A DNA stretch of 48,355 bases from a virus. Taxonomy: Duplodnaviria; Caudoviricetes. The DNA is taken from positions 1 to 48,355 of the IMG/VR virus record IMGVR_UViG_3300029224_000058; one strand, given 5' to 3'. Positions 48,207-48,355 of this stretch are shown one piece after another; position 1 is the stretch's first letter; each line of letters starts with the position of its first letter. Made by a program: the position numbers and the translations under genes. Under the pieces are notes generated by a model. It ran no database searches. It worked only from the letters and a program-made list of their open reading frames with translations, and had not been told where the DNA came from.

Positions 48207-48355
48207 GGCAATGATATACTAAGTTACACAAGATTTATTTAACTTATGTAAATAACTACTCGAAAAGTATTATCTTTGTATTGTAATGATAGAGATAAAG
48301 GAGTTCACTAGTTTATTTGATTTACTTAAAAAGTTTTCTGATGAGGAAACCTGTA
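48207..48355 (+). mobile_element. left end of an IS1595-family element with a truncated transposase (ATG 48286)
   Basis: Terminus GGCAATGATATACT, own TATCTTTG promoter box at 48271, and MIEIKEFTSLFDLLKKFSDEETC resembling IS1595 transposase N-termini. Confidence 0.75.

Overview
The window is most of an AT-rich tailed-phage genome, probably a podovirus of a Bacteroidota host (many TAnnTTTG/TTTG promoters, few if any Shine-Dalgarno sites). Layout: (i) 1-8.2 kb, + strand, lambdoid-style replication and recombination genes (initiator, DnaB, RecT, YqaJ exonuclease, DnaA-C HTH, frameshifted ASCH-like gene); (ii) 8.3-15.1 kb, - strand, early/accessory genes (degenerate ABC/AAA ATPase, Ala-repeat protein, N6-adenine MTase, metallophosphoesterase, several decayed ORFs); (iii) 15.2-17.5 kb, a mostly non-coding control hub with a strongly A-skewed tract, an HNH gene, a XerCD dif-like site with two overlapping KOPS-like motifs pointing at its XerD arm, a G-run segment and an atypical tRNA-Lys(UUU); (iv) 17.5-45.5 kb, + strand, virion module (portal, scaffold, capsid, terminase, ring/muzzle-type tail proteins, a 40-aa Lys-rich peptide missed by the ORF track, ejection proteins including a 3136-aa polyvalent protein whose ADP-ribosyltransferase module lies between in-frame 22-bp direct repeats); (v) 45.5-48.2 kb, - strand, lysis genes and a gene interrupted by an IS1595-like element, in which the window ends. 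I recognised no integrase, reverse transcriptase, virion RNA polymerase or CRISPR array. All family calls come from reading motifs by eye, not from database searches.
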